Assembly (NCBI GenBank): GCA_051382295.1
Contig: JBBCAW010000008.1
Span: 1-64,000 of the forward strand
DNA length: 64,000 nucleotides
From: Bdellovibrionota bacterium FG-1
GTDB lineage: Bacteria; Bdellovibrionota; UBA1018
Reading direction: 5' to 3'
Below the pieces are notes generated by a model, which was not told the DNA's origin, did not search any database, and was given only the letters and a program-made list of their open reading frames with translations. Shown one piece after another: positions 30,476 to 39,621 of the stretch. The number at the start of each line of letters is the position of its first letter. Position 1 is the first letter of the stretch. The position numbers and the translations under genes are program-made.

Positions 30476-30739
30476 ATGGCACACAAAAAAGCTGGTGGTA
30501 GTTCCAAAAACGGCCGCGAAAGTAACCCAAAGATGTTGGGTGTTAAGCGTTATGGCGGACAAAAAGTCAATGCAGGCGAAATTCTCTGCCGTCAACGTGG
30601 GACCCGGTTTCATCCAGGTCGTAACGTGGGCCTCGGACGCGACTTCACCTTGTACGCACTGATCGAAGGCGTTGTGACTTTTGAACGCTATGATCGCAAG
30701 CGTAAGCAAATTTCAGTTCACGCAGCCCCAGCAGCCTGA
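30476..30739 (+). CDS. rpmA: 50S ribosomal protein L27
   Basis: [16 protein letters not shown] and RQRGT motifs. Confidence 0.98.
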   Translation: MAHKKAGGSSKNGRESNPKMLGVKRYGGQKVNAGEILCRQRGTRFHPGRNVGLGRDFTLYALIEGVVTFERYDRKRKQISVHAAPAA

Positions 30740-30815
30740 TTCTAAAAATCTAAATCAGTAGTTGCGTCAGATCCATCTTGAATTGCCGCACCGCTTCATG
30801 TATGGGTACCTCGTT

Positions 30816-31958
30816 ATGCGTTTTATTGATGAAGCTGTTATTCATGTAGCGGGCGGTCATGGTGGTCCAGGTTGCGTTAGTTTTCGCCGGGAGACTTTTG
30901 CGCCTCGTGGCGGTCCCAATGGTGGCGACGGCGGTGCTGGCGCCGATGTTGTTCTCATTGCCTCTTCCCAGTTGTCCACCTTGCAAGATTTTCGATTCAA
31001 GCGGATCTATGATGCCCCGGCCGGCATGCATGGCTCAGGATCTAATAAGGCCGGTCGTGATGGCGAAGACATTGAAATTCGCGTTCCGGTCGGCACTATC
31101 ATCAAAGACCCGAATACCCAAGAAATTCTTGTCGATATGACCGAAGAAGGCCAACGTTGGCCAGCCGCCAAAGGCGGACGCGGAGGCAAAGGCAATGCAC
31201 ACTTTGTGACCTCGACGTTCCAAGCCCCTCGCTTTGCCCAACCGGGCGAAGAAGGCACGAGCCGGGAGATCAAGCTCGAACTTCGCCTCCTTGCTGATGT
31301 CGGAATCATTGGCTTTCCAAATGCGGGCAAATCCACCCTCATCTCCCGAATGAGCGCCGCCCGGCCCAAAATCGCGGATTATGCTTTTACCACTCTCACC
31401 CCCAATCTTGGGGTTGTTTCAATGCCCGACCTCAATACGTTTGTAGTGGCCGATGTCCCTGGACTCATCGAAGGCGCTCATCGCGGAGCAGGGCTTGGGC
31501 ATAAATTTTTAAAACACATCGAGAGAACTGCGCTCTTTGTCCATTTGCTCGACGGTACTCAAATCCTCGAAGACGCCACGGCCGAGGGCGAAGGCAGCTT
31601 TGATCGGGCCGTTGAACAACTGGTCGAGCGTTATTTGACCATCCGCAAGGAACTCGGCCTATTTAACGAAAGCTTGCTTCATAAACCGGAAATCGTAGTC
31701 ATCAACAAACTAGATATTCTTGAATCTGATCCCCTCCTGGTGGAACGCGCGCAAAAAACACTTCATGACCGGATCGCCTCCATTCGAGGCACTCCTCCGG
31801 CACCCGGCGAGCCATTTGTCGTTTCTGCCGTCAGCGGAAGCGGGATCCAAAAGCTGACTCATGTGATTTATGCCCAGGTACAAGAAAATCGCATGAGGGC
31901 CCGCGGAAACCAAGCCACTCAAATTCGACTTCCCGATGACGAGGGTATCCGAGTTTGA
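30816..31958 (+). CDS. obgE: GTPase ObgE
   Basis: MRFIDEA, GGPNGGDGG, GFPNAGKST, FTTLTP and DVPG motifs. Confidence 0.97.
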   Translation: MRFIDEAVIHVAGGHGGPGCVSFRRETFAPRGGPNGGDGGAGADVVLIASSQLSTLQDFRFKRIYDAPAGMHGSGSNKAGRDGEDIEIRVPVGTIIKDPNTQEILVDMTEEGQRWPAAKGGRGGKGNAHFVTSTFQAPRFAQPGEEGTSREIKLELRLLADVGIIGFPNAGKSTLISRMSAARPKIADYAFTTLTPNLGVVSMPDLNTFVVADVPGLIEGAHRGAGLGHKFLKHIERTALFVHLLDGTQILEDATAEGEGSFDRAVEQLVERYLTIRKELGLFNESLLHKPEIVVINKLDILESDPLLVERAQKTLHDRIASIRGTPPAPGEPFVVSAVSGSGIQKLTHVIYAQVQENRMRARGNQATQIRLPDDEGIRV

Positions 31959-32671
31959 ACTGCCCGCAAGCCCCTCGCTGGAATGAAGTCACCGCACTCT
32001 TTGGCGGCACTTTTGATCCACCTCATCTGGGACATCGCATGGCCGTGGCTGGACTTTTTCGAGAGCCGGGAGTAGGTCGGGTCTGGATCATGCCCTCACC
32101 CAGCCCCCCCCACAAGCCCACGGTTGCTTCAACGGAAGAGCGAGTTCAGCTCACCCGCCTGGCCTTTGGACCTTCGCAAACAGTCCCTTTAAAAGAAGAC
32201 CTTAGGATAGAACTTTGTGAGCTCGAACGGGCCTCCCGCCACCCCGGTCGCCCGACCTACACCTTTGACACCCTGATGGAACTCCGATCAAAAATCTCGC
32301 CCCTTGCCTTTGTGATCGGCAGCGACCAGTTTCACCAATTTCCGAGTTGGCACCGTTTTCCGGAGGTTTTATCGCTTTCCCACTGGATTATTCTTGAAAG
32401 AAAAGGGGCTGCGCAAGCCCAGACCCTCCGACTTTTAGCCGAATGGCAGGCGAGCGGCCTCCTTCAAAATGAAGGGGCCGGCTGGCGGATCCGGAAAAAC
32501 GGGACGTTTCTTCAAATCTTTCCGACCCCTGCTCCGGAACTCTCCTCTACACTCATTCGTCAAACCATTGCAAAAACAGGGCAGCCGCCCGAAAACAGCC
32601 TTTTACCCGAAGTACAGACGTATTTGATGCAACGGGGCATCTATGGTACAAGGCATCCTTCAGGAGTTTAA
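31955..32671 (+). CDS. nadD: Nicotinate-nucleotide adenylyltransferase
   Basis: FGGTFDPPHLGH, PPHK, IGSD and SSTLIR motifs. Confidence 0.92.
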   Translation: MNCPQAPRWNEVTALFGGTFDPPHLGHRMAVAGLFREPGVGRVWIMPSPSPPHKPTVASTEERVQLTRLAFGPSQTVPLKEDLRIELCELERASRHPGRPTYTFDTLMELRSKISPLAFVIGSDQFHQFPSWHRFPEVLSLSHWIILERKGAAQAQTLRLLAEWQASGLLQNEGAGWRIRKNGTFLQIFPTPAPELSSTLIRQTIAKTGQPPENSLLPEVQTYLMQRGIYGTRHPSGV

Positions 32672-33102
32672 TGACTATGCCCAATGAAAATACTGACTCG
32701 CAATCGACCATGAGCACCGCCCTAGATGCCTCGCGTGAACGCGCTTTATATTGCGCACGCGCCGCGATCGACAAAAAAGGCGAAAACATCAAAATTCTCG
32801 ACCTGTCCGATCTCTCAGGATTTACCGATTATTTTGTCATTTGTAGCGGCTTGTCTGAACGACAAGTCAAGGCCATTGCCGATTCCGTCGAGCACACCCT
32901 CGAAGCCGGTGGTCACGAGTTGCTTTCATCCGAAGGATATTCCGATGGCCGCTGGATCTTGATGGATTTTGGCGATGTGGTGGTTCACGTATTTTTGGAC
33001 GCGCTTCGAGAGTACTACGATCTGGAACACTTGTGGACGGATGCTCCACGCGTAAAAATCCCGTCCGAATTTTACGGTCCCTCCGCAAGCCGCCTGAATT
33101 AA
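32671..33102 (+). CDS. rsfS: Ribosome silencing factor
   Basis: DKKG, TDYFVICSG, WILMDFGDVVVHVF and YYDLEHLW motifs. Confidence 0.95.
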   Translation: MTMPNENTDSQSTMSTALDASRERALYCARAAIDKKGENIKILDLSDLSGFTDYFVICSGLSERQVKAIADSVEHTLEAGGHELLSSEGYSDGRWILMDFGDVVVHVFLDALREYYDLEHLWTDAPRVKIPSEFYGPSASRLN

Positions 33103-33109
33103 GTCTAGC

Positions 33110-33282
33110 GGTTTCCGGTGAGTTGTTGCACGAAAGCAAACTTCCTGTTTTTACACAACTTTCGCCATCCCCCTTTGTAGCACATCGTGTACTACAAGTG
33201 CCCGTTTGGGCACCTGGGCTTCTCGGACAATCCTGTCCTCGAAGGGCTTTGTGATTTTCGCGCAACAACTCACCGCGAAACC
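33110..33282. repeat. 173-bp intergenic palindromic element or structured RNA candidate
   Basis: A perfect 14-bp inverted repeat (33116-33129 / 33262-33275) sits within longer imperfect arms that enclose three small hairpins. Confidence 0.7.
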
Positions 33283-33298
33283 TGAAGTACAGAAGGTT

Positions 33299-33319
33299 AT
33301 TCCCGCTTTCAGCGGGAAT
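33299..33319. repeat. REP-like hairpin or possible terminator
   Basis: ATTCCCGCT-TTC-AGCGGGAAT, a perfect 9-bp stem. Confidence 0.5.
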
Positions 33320-33403
33320 TGCTTAATTAAGTTAGCATTTTCTTGTTCCGCCTTTTTAGATTTACTGACAGCTGATCGCTGAATGCTCATTCCTAGGGAA
33401 CCC

Positions 33404-33898
33404 ATGAAACTCTTTTTGGTCGCCTTTGGTAAACTCAAAACCCCCGGACTTCCGGAAGCGGCGGATTATTATCGAAAGCTCATTCGAACCTGGGTGAACT
33501 ACGAAGAAATCGAACTCAAGCCCCTTTCGGTGCCCGATAAATCAGCCGCCACTCGAAAACTCATTCAGGAAAAAGAAGCATCCATTCTCGAACAAAAGCT
33601 TGAAACTCTTTTGTCAGCGAGAGGGGCTTTTTATCTCCTCGACGAAGGCGGTAAGGCGCGCTCGACGCAGGATTGGGCAGAGCTCGTTCGCCAATGGGAA
33701 TCCACCGATCTTCCAGAAATCGCACTTTGCCTCGGGAGCAGTCTTGGATTTTCCGAGAGCCTTCGTCAACGCGCGCGCGGAATTTTAAGTTTAGGACCTC
33801 AAACCCTACCCCATGAGCTGGCGCGGGTGGTCCTACTTGAACAAACCTATCGCGCCTGGAGTGTGACGCGAGGACATCCCTACCACGTTCAGGGATAA
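33404..33898 (+). CDS. rlmH: 23S rRNA m3Psi1915 methyltransferase
   Basis: AFGKLK, LDEGG, LSLGPQTLPHELARVVLLEQTYRA and GHPYH motifs. Confidence 0.95.
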   Translation: MKLFLVAFGKLKTPGLPEAADYYRKLIRTWVNYEEIELKPLSVPDKSAATRKLIQEKEASILEQKLETLLSARGAFYLLDEGGKARSTQDWAELVRQWESTDLPEIALCLGSSLGFSESLRQRARGILSLGPQTLPHELARVVLLEQTYRAWSVTRGHPYHVQG

Positions 33899-33971
33899 CC
33901 GGTTGCTTCACCACTCTCCGCAATGTTAAACTCTAAAAAGACTCTCCCGGATTACTCAAAAAGGACTCACC

Positions 33972-35558
33972 GTGACACCCTGCGAACGTGCCTTGCTCAT
34001 TGTACTAGACGGCTTCGGCATCGGAAAAGACTCGCCTTTTAATGCGATTAAGAATGCACGAATGCCTTTTTATCGAGATCTCTGGGCTAAATATCCGCAT
34101 TCGCAACTCATTACCCATGGGCATGACGTGGGCTTACCCGACGGAGTGATGGGCAATTCCGAAGTCGGTCATATGACGATGGGCGCAGGCCGGATCATCT
34201 ATCAAGATTTGACGCGAATCTCGAAATCCATCCGAGATGGAGATTTTTTTAAAAACAAAATCCTGACATCAGGCATGCAGGCTGGGGCAAAAGCCACGGG
34301 GCGCGTCCACCTCATGGGGCTACTCTCGGATGGCGGTGTTCATAGTCACCTCGATCATTTGTTGGCTCTATTGGACATGGCGGTGCAACTCAAAATCCCG
34401 CAAGTGAGCGTTCACTGCTTTATGGATGGCAGGGACACTCCTCCGGATTCAGGCCGCGGCTATCTCGAAACTCTTTTACGACACCCCACCTTTGCTCCAG
34501 GCAGCACCACTCAAGCTACGATAGCCACTCTGATGGGACGCTACTACGCCATGGACCGAGACAAGCGATGGGAGCGAGTCTCTCAAGCGTACCTCGCTCT
34601 GACTGGGCAGACCGCCTGCTGGACCCGCGGCAGTGTCGAACCCCCTGTACTGGAGGCTTGGCGAAAGTCGCACGAGAATGGAAAATCCGACGAGTTTATC
34701 GAGCCCGTCTTGCTGGATTCGACGGCCGCTATGAAAGATGGGGATAGCGTCATTTTCTTTAATTACCGATCAGACAGGGCACGCGAGATCACGCATGCGA
34801 TCACCGAACCCGATTTTCATGATTTTGACCGCGGGCGGGGCTTTCGTCCCTCGGCGTTTGCCGGAATGACCATTTACGACAAAAACCTGACACACGCCCA
34901 AGCCGCTTTTCTCCCCCAAAGCCAAAAAAATATCATGGGCGAATGGTTAGAGAACCATCAGCTCAAGCAGTTTCGGCTCGCAGAAACCGAAAAATACGCC
35001 CACGTTACCTTCTTTTTTAATGCAGGACGGGAAAAGCCTTTTGAAGGCGAGGATCGCGAGCTCATTGCCTCACCCAAAGACGTCGCCACCTATGACCTCA
35101 AACCCGAAATGAGCGCCTTTCAAGTGGCGGCGGCCGCGACTCAACGCCTCAACTTGGCCCAACACCACTTTATACTGATGAACTTTGCCAATGCCGACAT
35201 GGTCGGACATACAGGCAACTACGCGGCAGCGGTCAAAGCGGTCGAAACCCTGGACCAGTGCCTGGCTCAAGTGATTGGTGCCGCTCAAAATAATGGCTAC
35301 CATGTCCTTTTAACCTCAGATCACGGCAATGCTGAAGAAATGTGTGATCAACAAGGTCGGATTCACACTCAGCATACGCTCAATCCCGTCCCCGCCCTCT
35401 GGATTGCCCCAGGCACCGCGATTGCGCCCCAAAGCGCACGCTTTGCGCTCCACGATGGGACACTCGAAGATGTCATGCCCACCTTGCTTGGCCTCATGAA
35501 GCTGCCGCTCCCTCCCGAAGTCACCGGAAAATGTCTTTTGCCTTCTCAACCCATCTAG
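33972..35558 (+). CDS. gpmI: 2,3-BPG-independent phosphoglycerate mutase
   Basis: MGNSEVGH, SDGGVHSH, GRYYAMDRD, AETEKYAHVTFF and DMVGHTG motifs. Confidence 0.97.
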   Translation: MTPCERALLIVLDGFGIGKDSPFNAIKNARMPFYRDLWAKYPHSQLITHGHDVGLPDGVMGNSEVGHMTMGAGRIIYQDLTRISKSIRDGDFFKNKILTSGMQAGAKATGRVHLMGLLSDGGVHSHLDHLLALLDMAVQLKIPQVSVHCFMDGRDTPPDSGRGYLETLLRHPTFAPGSTTQATIATLMGRYYAMDRDKRWERVSQAYLALTGQTACWTRGSVEPPVLEAWRKSHENGKSDEFIEPVLLDSTAAMKDGDSVIFFNYRSDRAREITHAITEPDFHDFDRGRGFRPSAFAGMTIYDKNLTHAQAAFLPQSQKNIMGEWLENHQLKQFRLAETEKYAHVTFFFNAGREKPFEGEDRELIASPKDVATYDLKPEMSAFQVAAAATQRLNLAQHHFILMNFANADMVGHTGNYAAAVKAVETLDQCLAQVIGAAQNNGYHVLLTSDHGNAEEMCDQQGRIHTQHTLNPVPALWIAPGTAIAPQSARFALHDGTLEDVMPTLLGLMKLPLPPEVTGKCLLPSQPI

Positions 35559-35572
35559 TGAAAACTGTACCT

Positions 35573-36577
35573 ATGCTCAACATTCCTCATCTCACTCTTC
35601 CCAAAGGTCAAACCAAGTCCATCGCCGTGCTGACGAGTGGCGGCGACGCCCCCGGCATGAATGCCGCCATTCGCGCGGTGGTTCGCTTTGGAATCTCTCA
35701 TGGCTGCCAAGTCTTTGGCGTACACAAAGGTTTCAGTGGTTTACTCGAAGGCCAGATTGATCCACTGGGCCCCTCTTCGGTGGCCAACATCATTCAACGA
35801 GGGGGAACGATTCTCAAAACCGATCGATGTGAAGCCTTCCACAAAAAAAGCGTTCGTCGCGAGGCGGCCAATATCCTGCGTCGAAAAGAGATTGATGGCT
35901 TGGTGGTCATTGGCGGGGACGGCTCATTTACCGGTGCGCATCTCATGGAAAAAGAAACCGGGTTCGCCACGATTGGCGTGCCCGGCACGATCGATAATGA
36001 CATTGCCGGAACCGAGGACACCATTGGTTTTGATACGGCGGTGAATGCGGCAATCGAAGCCATTGACCGGATTCGAGACACGGCAAGCTCGCACGACCGG
36101 ATTTTTCTAGTGGAAGTGATGGGGCGAAGCAGTGGTTTTATCGCTCTGGAAGTCGGAATCGGCGGCGGTGCCGAGACGATCATCGTTCCGGAACGTAAAG
36201 AATCCTTTCAAACCATCGTTAAAACGATCCAAAGAGGAATCGCTCGCGGAAAAACCTCAAGCATCATTGTCGTTGCCGAAGGCGAAAAACCCGGCCTTTC
36301 TGCACGTATTGGTGACGACCTCTCTCAACGCGGATTTAGCTCTAAAGTCTGCATCTTAGGACACACCCAGCGCGGGGGATCACCCACCGCCCATGATCGG
36401 CTCTTGGCCTCAGTGTTAGGCTCTTCCGCGGTGGCCTACCTGCTTGCAGGCAAGAGCAACGCCATGGTCGGAGTCCAAAAGGGTCGAGTCGCCCTGGTGC
36501 CATTTCGAAAAGTGATTGGCCAAAAAAAGGAACTGTCGCAAGGGCTGCTCAACTTGGCTCAAATACTGGCGTCTTAA
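35573..36577 (+). CDS. pfkA: ATP-dependent 6-phosphofructokinase
   Basis: TSGGDAPGMN, GGDGS, PGTIDND, EVMGR and LGHTQRGG motifs. Confidence 0.97.
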   Translation: MLNIPHLTLPKGQTKSIAVLTSGGDAPGMNAAIRAVVRFGISHGCQVFGVHKGFSGLLEGQIDPLGPSSVANIIQRGGTILKTDRCEAFHKKSVRREAANILRRKEIDGLVVIGGDGSFTGAHLMEKETGFATIGVPGTIDNDIAGTEDTIGFDTAVNAAIEAIDRIRDTASSHDRIFLVEVMGRSSGFIALEVGIGGGAETIIVPERKESFQTIVKTIQRGIARGKTSSIIVVAEGEKPGLSARIGDDLSQRGFSSKVCILGHTQRGGSPTAHDRLLASVLGSSAVAYLLAGKSNAMVGVQKGRVALVPFRKVIGQKKELSQGLLNLAQILAS

Positions 36578-36582
36578 TTGCA
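36567..36582 (+). promoter_or_regulatory. sigma54 -24/-12 promoter upstream of comF
   Basis: TGGCGT-CTTAA-TTGCA. Confidence 0.55.
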
Positions 36583-36613
36583 AAAGGTGGTCGCCAACTT
36601 CTGGAGACGCGCC

Positions 36614-37369
36614 ATGTTATTAAATAGCTTTATTTGTCCCGCTTGCCGACAACCATCAGGAACTCTCGGGAGTTTTCCGCTTTGTGAACTCTGTGTGACT
36701 AGCCTCATTCCAGCCCCCGCGCTCTGCCCACACTGCGCCGGAGTCGAATGTGCACAAGCGCCAAACTGCCTTCGACCTTGGATGAAAATTCCAGATCCGC
36801 CGATTGATTCCTTTTGGGCCCTTTATCTTTTGGTGGGCCCTGGCTACCGAGTCCTACGTCGCTGGAAAATCAATCGGGGCATCGGGTTCAACCGGCAAAT
36901 TCTCAAGCCAACGGCGGCACTGCGAGCCCAAATTCATGCTCGTGAAATCGATGCCGTCATTCCCATTCCTCAGCGCTTTTCTAGATCGTGGGCCCTCAAC
37001 GGAAGTCCTGCCGAAACCCTGGCCAGTTGGATCAGCTCGTTCACCGCGATTCCCCATTTATCTGTACTCTCGCCATTTCCCAGTCCGCAACAACCCAAAC
37101 GACAGGCGGAACTCAAGATCAATGAAAGACTTCAGAACCCCCTGAAATTTGGGGTGCAACCGAACACGAGGCTAACCTCCGAATCGAAAATTCTTCTCGT
37201 CGATGACTTTATGACCAGCGGTCACACGCTGCGCGCCGCCGCCCAAGCCTTAAGAAACCACGGAATCGGGCGCACAATCCACGCGTTCAGCCTCGGCGTG
37301 CGGCCTCAGAATACCAGCCACTTGCTCGATCGACGCAGCAGGACCATAGCCATCGGTCACAAAGAATAA
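36614..37369 (+). CDS. comF: ComF-family phosphoribosyltransferase-like protein
   Basis: N-terminal CxxC zinc motifs, IPIP and LLVDDFMTSGHTL; GGAG precedes the ATG at 36614. Confidence 0.85.
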   Translation: MLLNSFICPACRQPSGTLGSFPLCELCVTSLIPAPALCPHCAGVECAQAPNCLRPWMKIPDPPIDSFWALYLLVGPGYRVLRRWKINRGIGFNRQILKPTAALRAQIHAREIDAVIPIPQRFSRSWALNGSPAETLASWISSFTAIPHLSVLSPFPSPQQPKRQAELKINERLQNPLKFGVQPNTRLTSESKILLVDDFMTSGHTLRAAAQALRNHGIGRTIHAFSLGVRPQNTSHLLDRRSRTIAIGHKE

Positions 37370-38389
37370 TCCTTGAACCCCGGGAATATGCACCGGATGA
37401 GACGGCACTTCCCCGTCTGCAAACCAAAGCGAATCTTTAAATCTGACTTGCTCGGCACAAACAGTAGCCATGAACTCGGTCTTTTCCCCGGGAAGCCAAC
37501 TACTGCCGCAAAACATTTTATCCAAAGCACTCTTCATTTTTCGGAGTTTTTTAGCAATCTGATGATTGTCTTCCACCTCATCCTCAGCAAGGCCGAGCGT
37601 CCAATAACTCTGCTTGCCGTCGGAGGAAAAATGCCCCCACAGATGCCGCTCAAACTCTTCACCCGACTCCTTATGAAGAGAGCCAAAAAAGCCTTCCATG
37701 ACCTCGCTCCCTACCGGCACAGAATGAGTAAAGGTGGCTTGGAGTAAACTGATGGGATGACGACGCCGGATAAAAGCGAGGTTTTTTGGAAGACCACTCA
37801 AGCGGGGCAAATCACTCCATCGATCCGCAAAAATCGCTTGATCAAAGGAAATCTCCTCACCCGAGGCCAGAATCACGGCACGCGCCTGCCCTTCCTCGAC
37901 TCGAAAGCCAGAAAGAGGAACCCCCTCAATCCGCTGGAGCTGAGCAAAGGAACCATCCGCCATCCGTGTTCGAATCAATCCCTCGATCTCATTAAAGGTC
38001 AAGGAGGCAAAACGCGTCTCCCAAAGTGGCGCCATCTTGCGCTCGGCCGACCACAAACATTCATTCAGGGCATCCTGACGAGCCTCTGCCGTGGGCGCTT
38101 TCATCCATAAAGGCTCTCGAAAAGCCTTATTTCTAAACTCTCGCAAAAAGGAGCCGGAAATCGCCTCTCCTGGATCCACTCCAAAACGATTTGCCAAGAG
38201 CTTCCAGAGCTCCACGCCCGGCCCTGACTCCATGCCAGGAAGAGGCGCGGCAAAATGAGACCCCGTTCCGGAAATCCAAATCACCTTTCCAGATCCCTGT
38301 TCAGCCACCCTTTGAAGGCCAAATCCCACTGCAGCCAAAGCCGACCAGCCGTCACCGACCACGACAGTTTTTATCGTACTCTTTGTCAT
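37250..38389 (-). CDS. Hypothetical protein with a degenerate FAD/NAD-binding fold
   Basis: VVVGDGWSALAA Rossmann-like start and GLFFVTD near the C-terminus. Confidence 0.65.
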   Translation of the reverse strand: MTKSTIKTVVVGDGWSALAAVGFGLQRVAEQGSGKVIWISGTGSHFAAPLPGMESGPGVELWKLLANRFGVDPGEAISGSFLREFRNKAFREPLWMKAPTAEARQDALNECLWSAERKMAPLWETRFASLTFNEIEGLIRTRMADGSFAQLQRIEGVPLSGFRVEEGQARAVILASGEEISFDQAIFADRWSDLPRLSGLPKNLAFIRRRHPISLLQATFTHSVPVGSEVMEGFFGSLHKESGEEFERHLWGHFSSDGKQSYWTLGLAEDEVEDNHQIAKKLRKMKSALDKMFCGSSWLPGEKTEFMATVCAEQVRFKDSLWFADGEVPSHPVHIPGVQGLFFVTDGYGPAASIEQVAGILRPHAEAERVDCAPDSVVS

Positions 38390-38399
38390 ACTTTTCACT

Positions 38400-38428
38400 T
38401 TACCCAAATTACCCAAAATTACCCAAAA
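38400..38428. repeat. Triple tandem TTACCCAAA(A) at the lysC stop
   Basis: The minus strand reads TTTTGGGTAA TTTTGGGTAA TTTGGGTAA. Confidence 0.8.
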
Positions 38429-39603
38429 AACTCCTGATGCAAAGCCTGCACTGCATCAGAAACTTCAGTGGATTCAACGGCCACAGTCATTGCTAAGGCT
38501 GAAGCTGACCCTATCGTAACCGAGATCTTTGCGCGAGCAAGCGTTTCAATCACAGTTCCCAACGCCGCACCGTCCTGAGAAAACCGGTCCCCCACGACTG
38601 ACACAGGAACCAGATTTGAATGAATTTGATATCTTGCCACATAACCTTCGGCGCAAAGCTGGTCTAATAATTTTTTCCACTCCATTTGCCCATCGCGATC
38701 GGCAAAAAACTGAACATTCCCACCCGTAAACATCGGAGCCACAATACTGAGATGCGCGGCTGCCACCCGAGCCCAAAGGGCCCCAAGAACGGTCGCTCGT
38801 GCAAGCTCCACACCGATTAACTGCTTGTCTTTGGCCGCAGTCACGCCCGTTATGGTAAAATCTTCCATCCCTTTTTCAATCACGGCGGTTCCTTCGTTTT
38901 GATTCAAGCTATTGAGCACCCAAAGCGGCACTCGAAATTGTTTCGCTAACTCCACGCTTCGGGGGTGCAAAACTCCCGCTCCCCGTGTGGCGAGTTCAAC
39001 CATCAAGGCATGCGAAATCGTTTTCCAAAGACGAGCCCCGGGAACCAGCCTGGGATCCGCCGAGTAAATACCATCCACATCGGTATAAATTTCACAACGT
39101 TCCGCCCCCAATGCGGCCGCCAGCGCGACCGCCGTGGTATCCGATCCCCCTCGCCCCAAAGTAGTAATCTCTTTGGATGGGCTGACCCCTTGAAAACCAG
39201 CCACGATCGCCACTTTATTTTCAGAAAGCGCTTCCCTGACTCGATCACCCAAAATTTTTTGAATCCGCGCACGCCGATGACTCCCGGTCGTGATAATCCC
39301 GGACTGCGACCCCGTAAAAGATAAGGCCGGCACCCCGCGGTCTGAAAGCGCCATACTCAAAAGTGCCATTGAAATACGCTCGCCCGCCGTCAACAGCATA
39401 TCCATTTCGCGGTGCGGAGGTTCCACCGAAACTCGATGGGCCAACTCAATCAACTCATCCGTGGTGTGCCCCATGGCTGACACCACCACACAGAGGCGAT
39501 ACCCTAATTCCCGGGTACGGACGATTCGATCAGCAACCTTCTGAATCCGTTCTGGAGTGCCAACAGAGGTGCCGCCATACTTTTGCACAATCAGCGAAGC
39601 CAT
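38419..39603 (-). CDS. lysC: Aspartate kinase
   Basis: VQKYGGTSV, VVSAMGHTTD, TTLGRGGSDTTA and YTDVDG motifs. Confidence 0.95.
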   Translation of the reverse strand: MASLIVQKYGGTSVGTPERIQKVADRIVRTRELGYRLCVVVSAMGHTTDELIELAHRVSVEPPHREMDMLLTAGERISMALLSMALSDRGVPALSFTGSQSGIITTGSHRRARIQKILGDRVREALSENKVAIVAGFQGVSPSKEITTLGRGGSDTTAVALAAALGAERCEIYTDVDGIYSADPRLVPGARLWKTISHALMVELATRGAGVLHPRSVELAKQFRVPLWVLNSLNQNEGTAVIEKGMEDFTITGVTAAKDKQLIGVELARATVLGALWARVAAAHLSIVAPMFTGGNVQFFADRDGQMEWKKLLDQLCAEGYVARYQIHSNLVPVSVVGDRFSQDGAALGTVIETLARAKISVTIGSASALAMTVAVESTEVSDAVQALHQEFFG

Positions 39604-39621
39604 CACCGGCCCAAGTCCTTT

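Noticed and set aside
33110..33282. Calling this element 6S RNA
   Set aside because: The size fits, but the interior is multi-branched rather than rod-and-bubble and the usual zapA/ygfA context is absent; left unassigned.
33151..33438. 95-aa minus-strand ORF across the rsfS-rlmH spacer
   Set aside because: It overlaps the rlmH start, has no motif and is probably a by-product of the palindrome.
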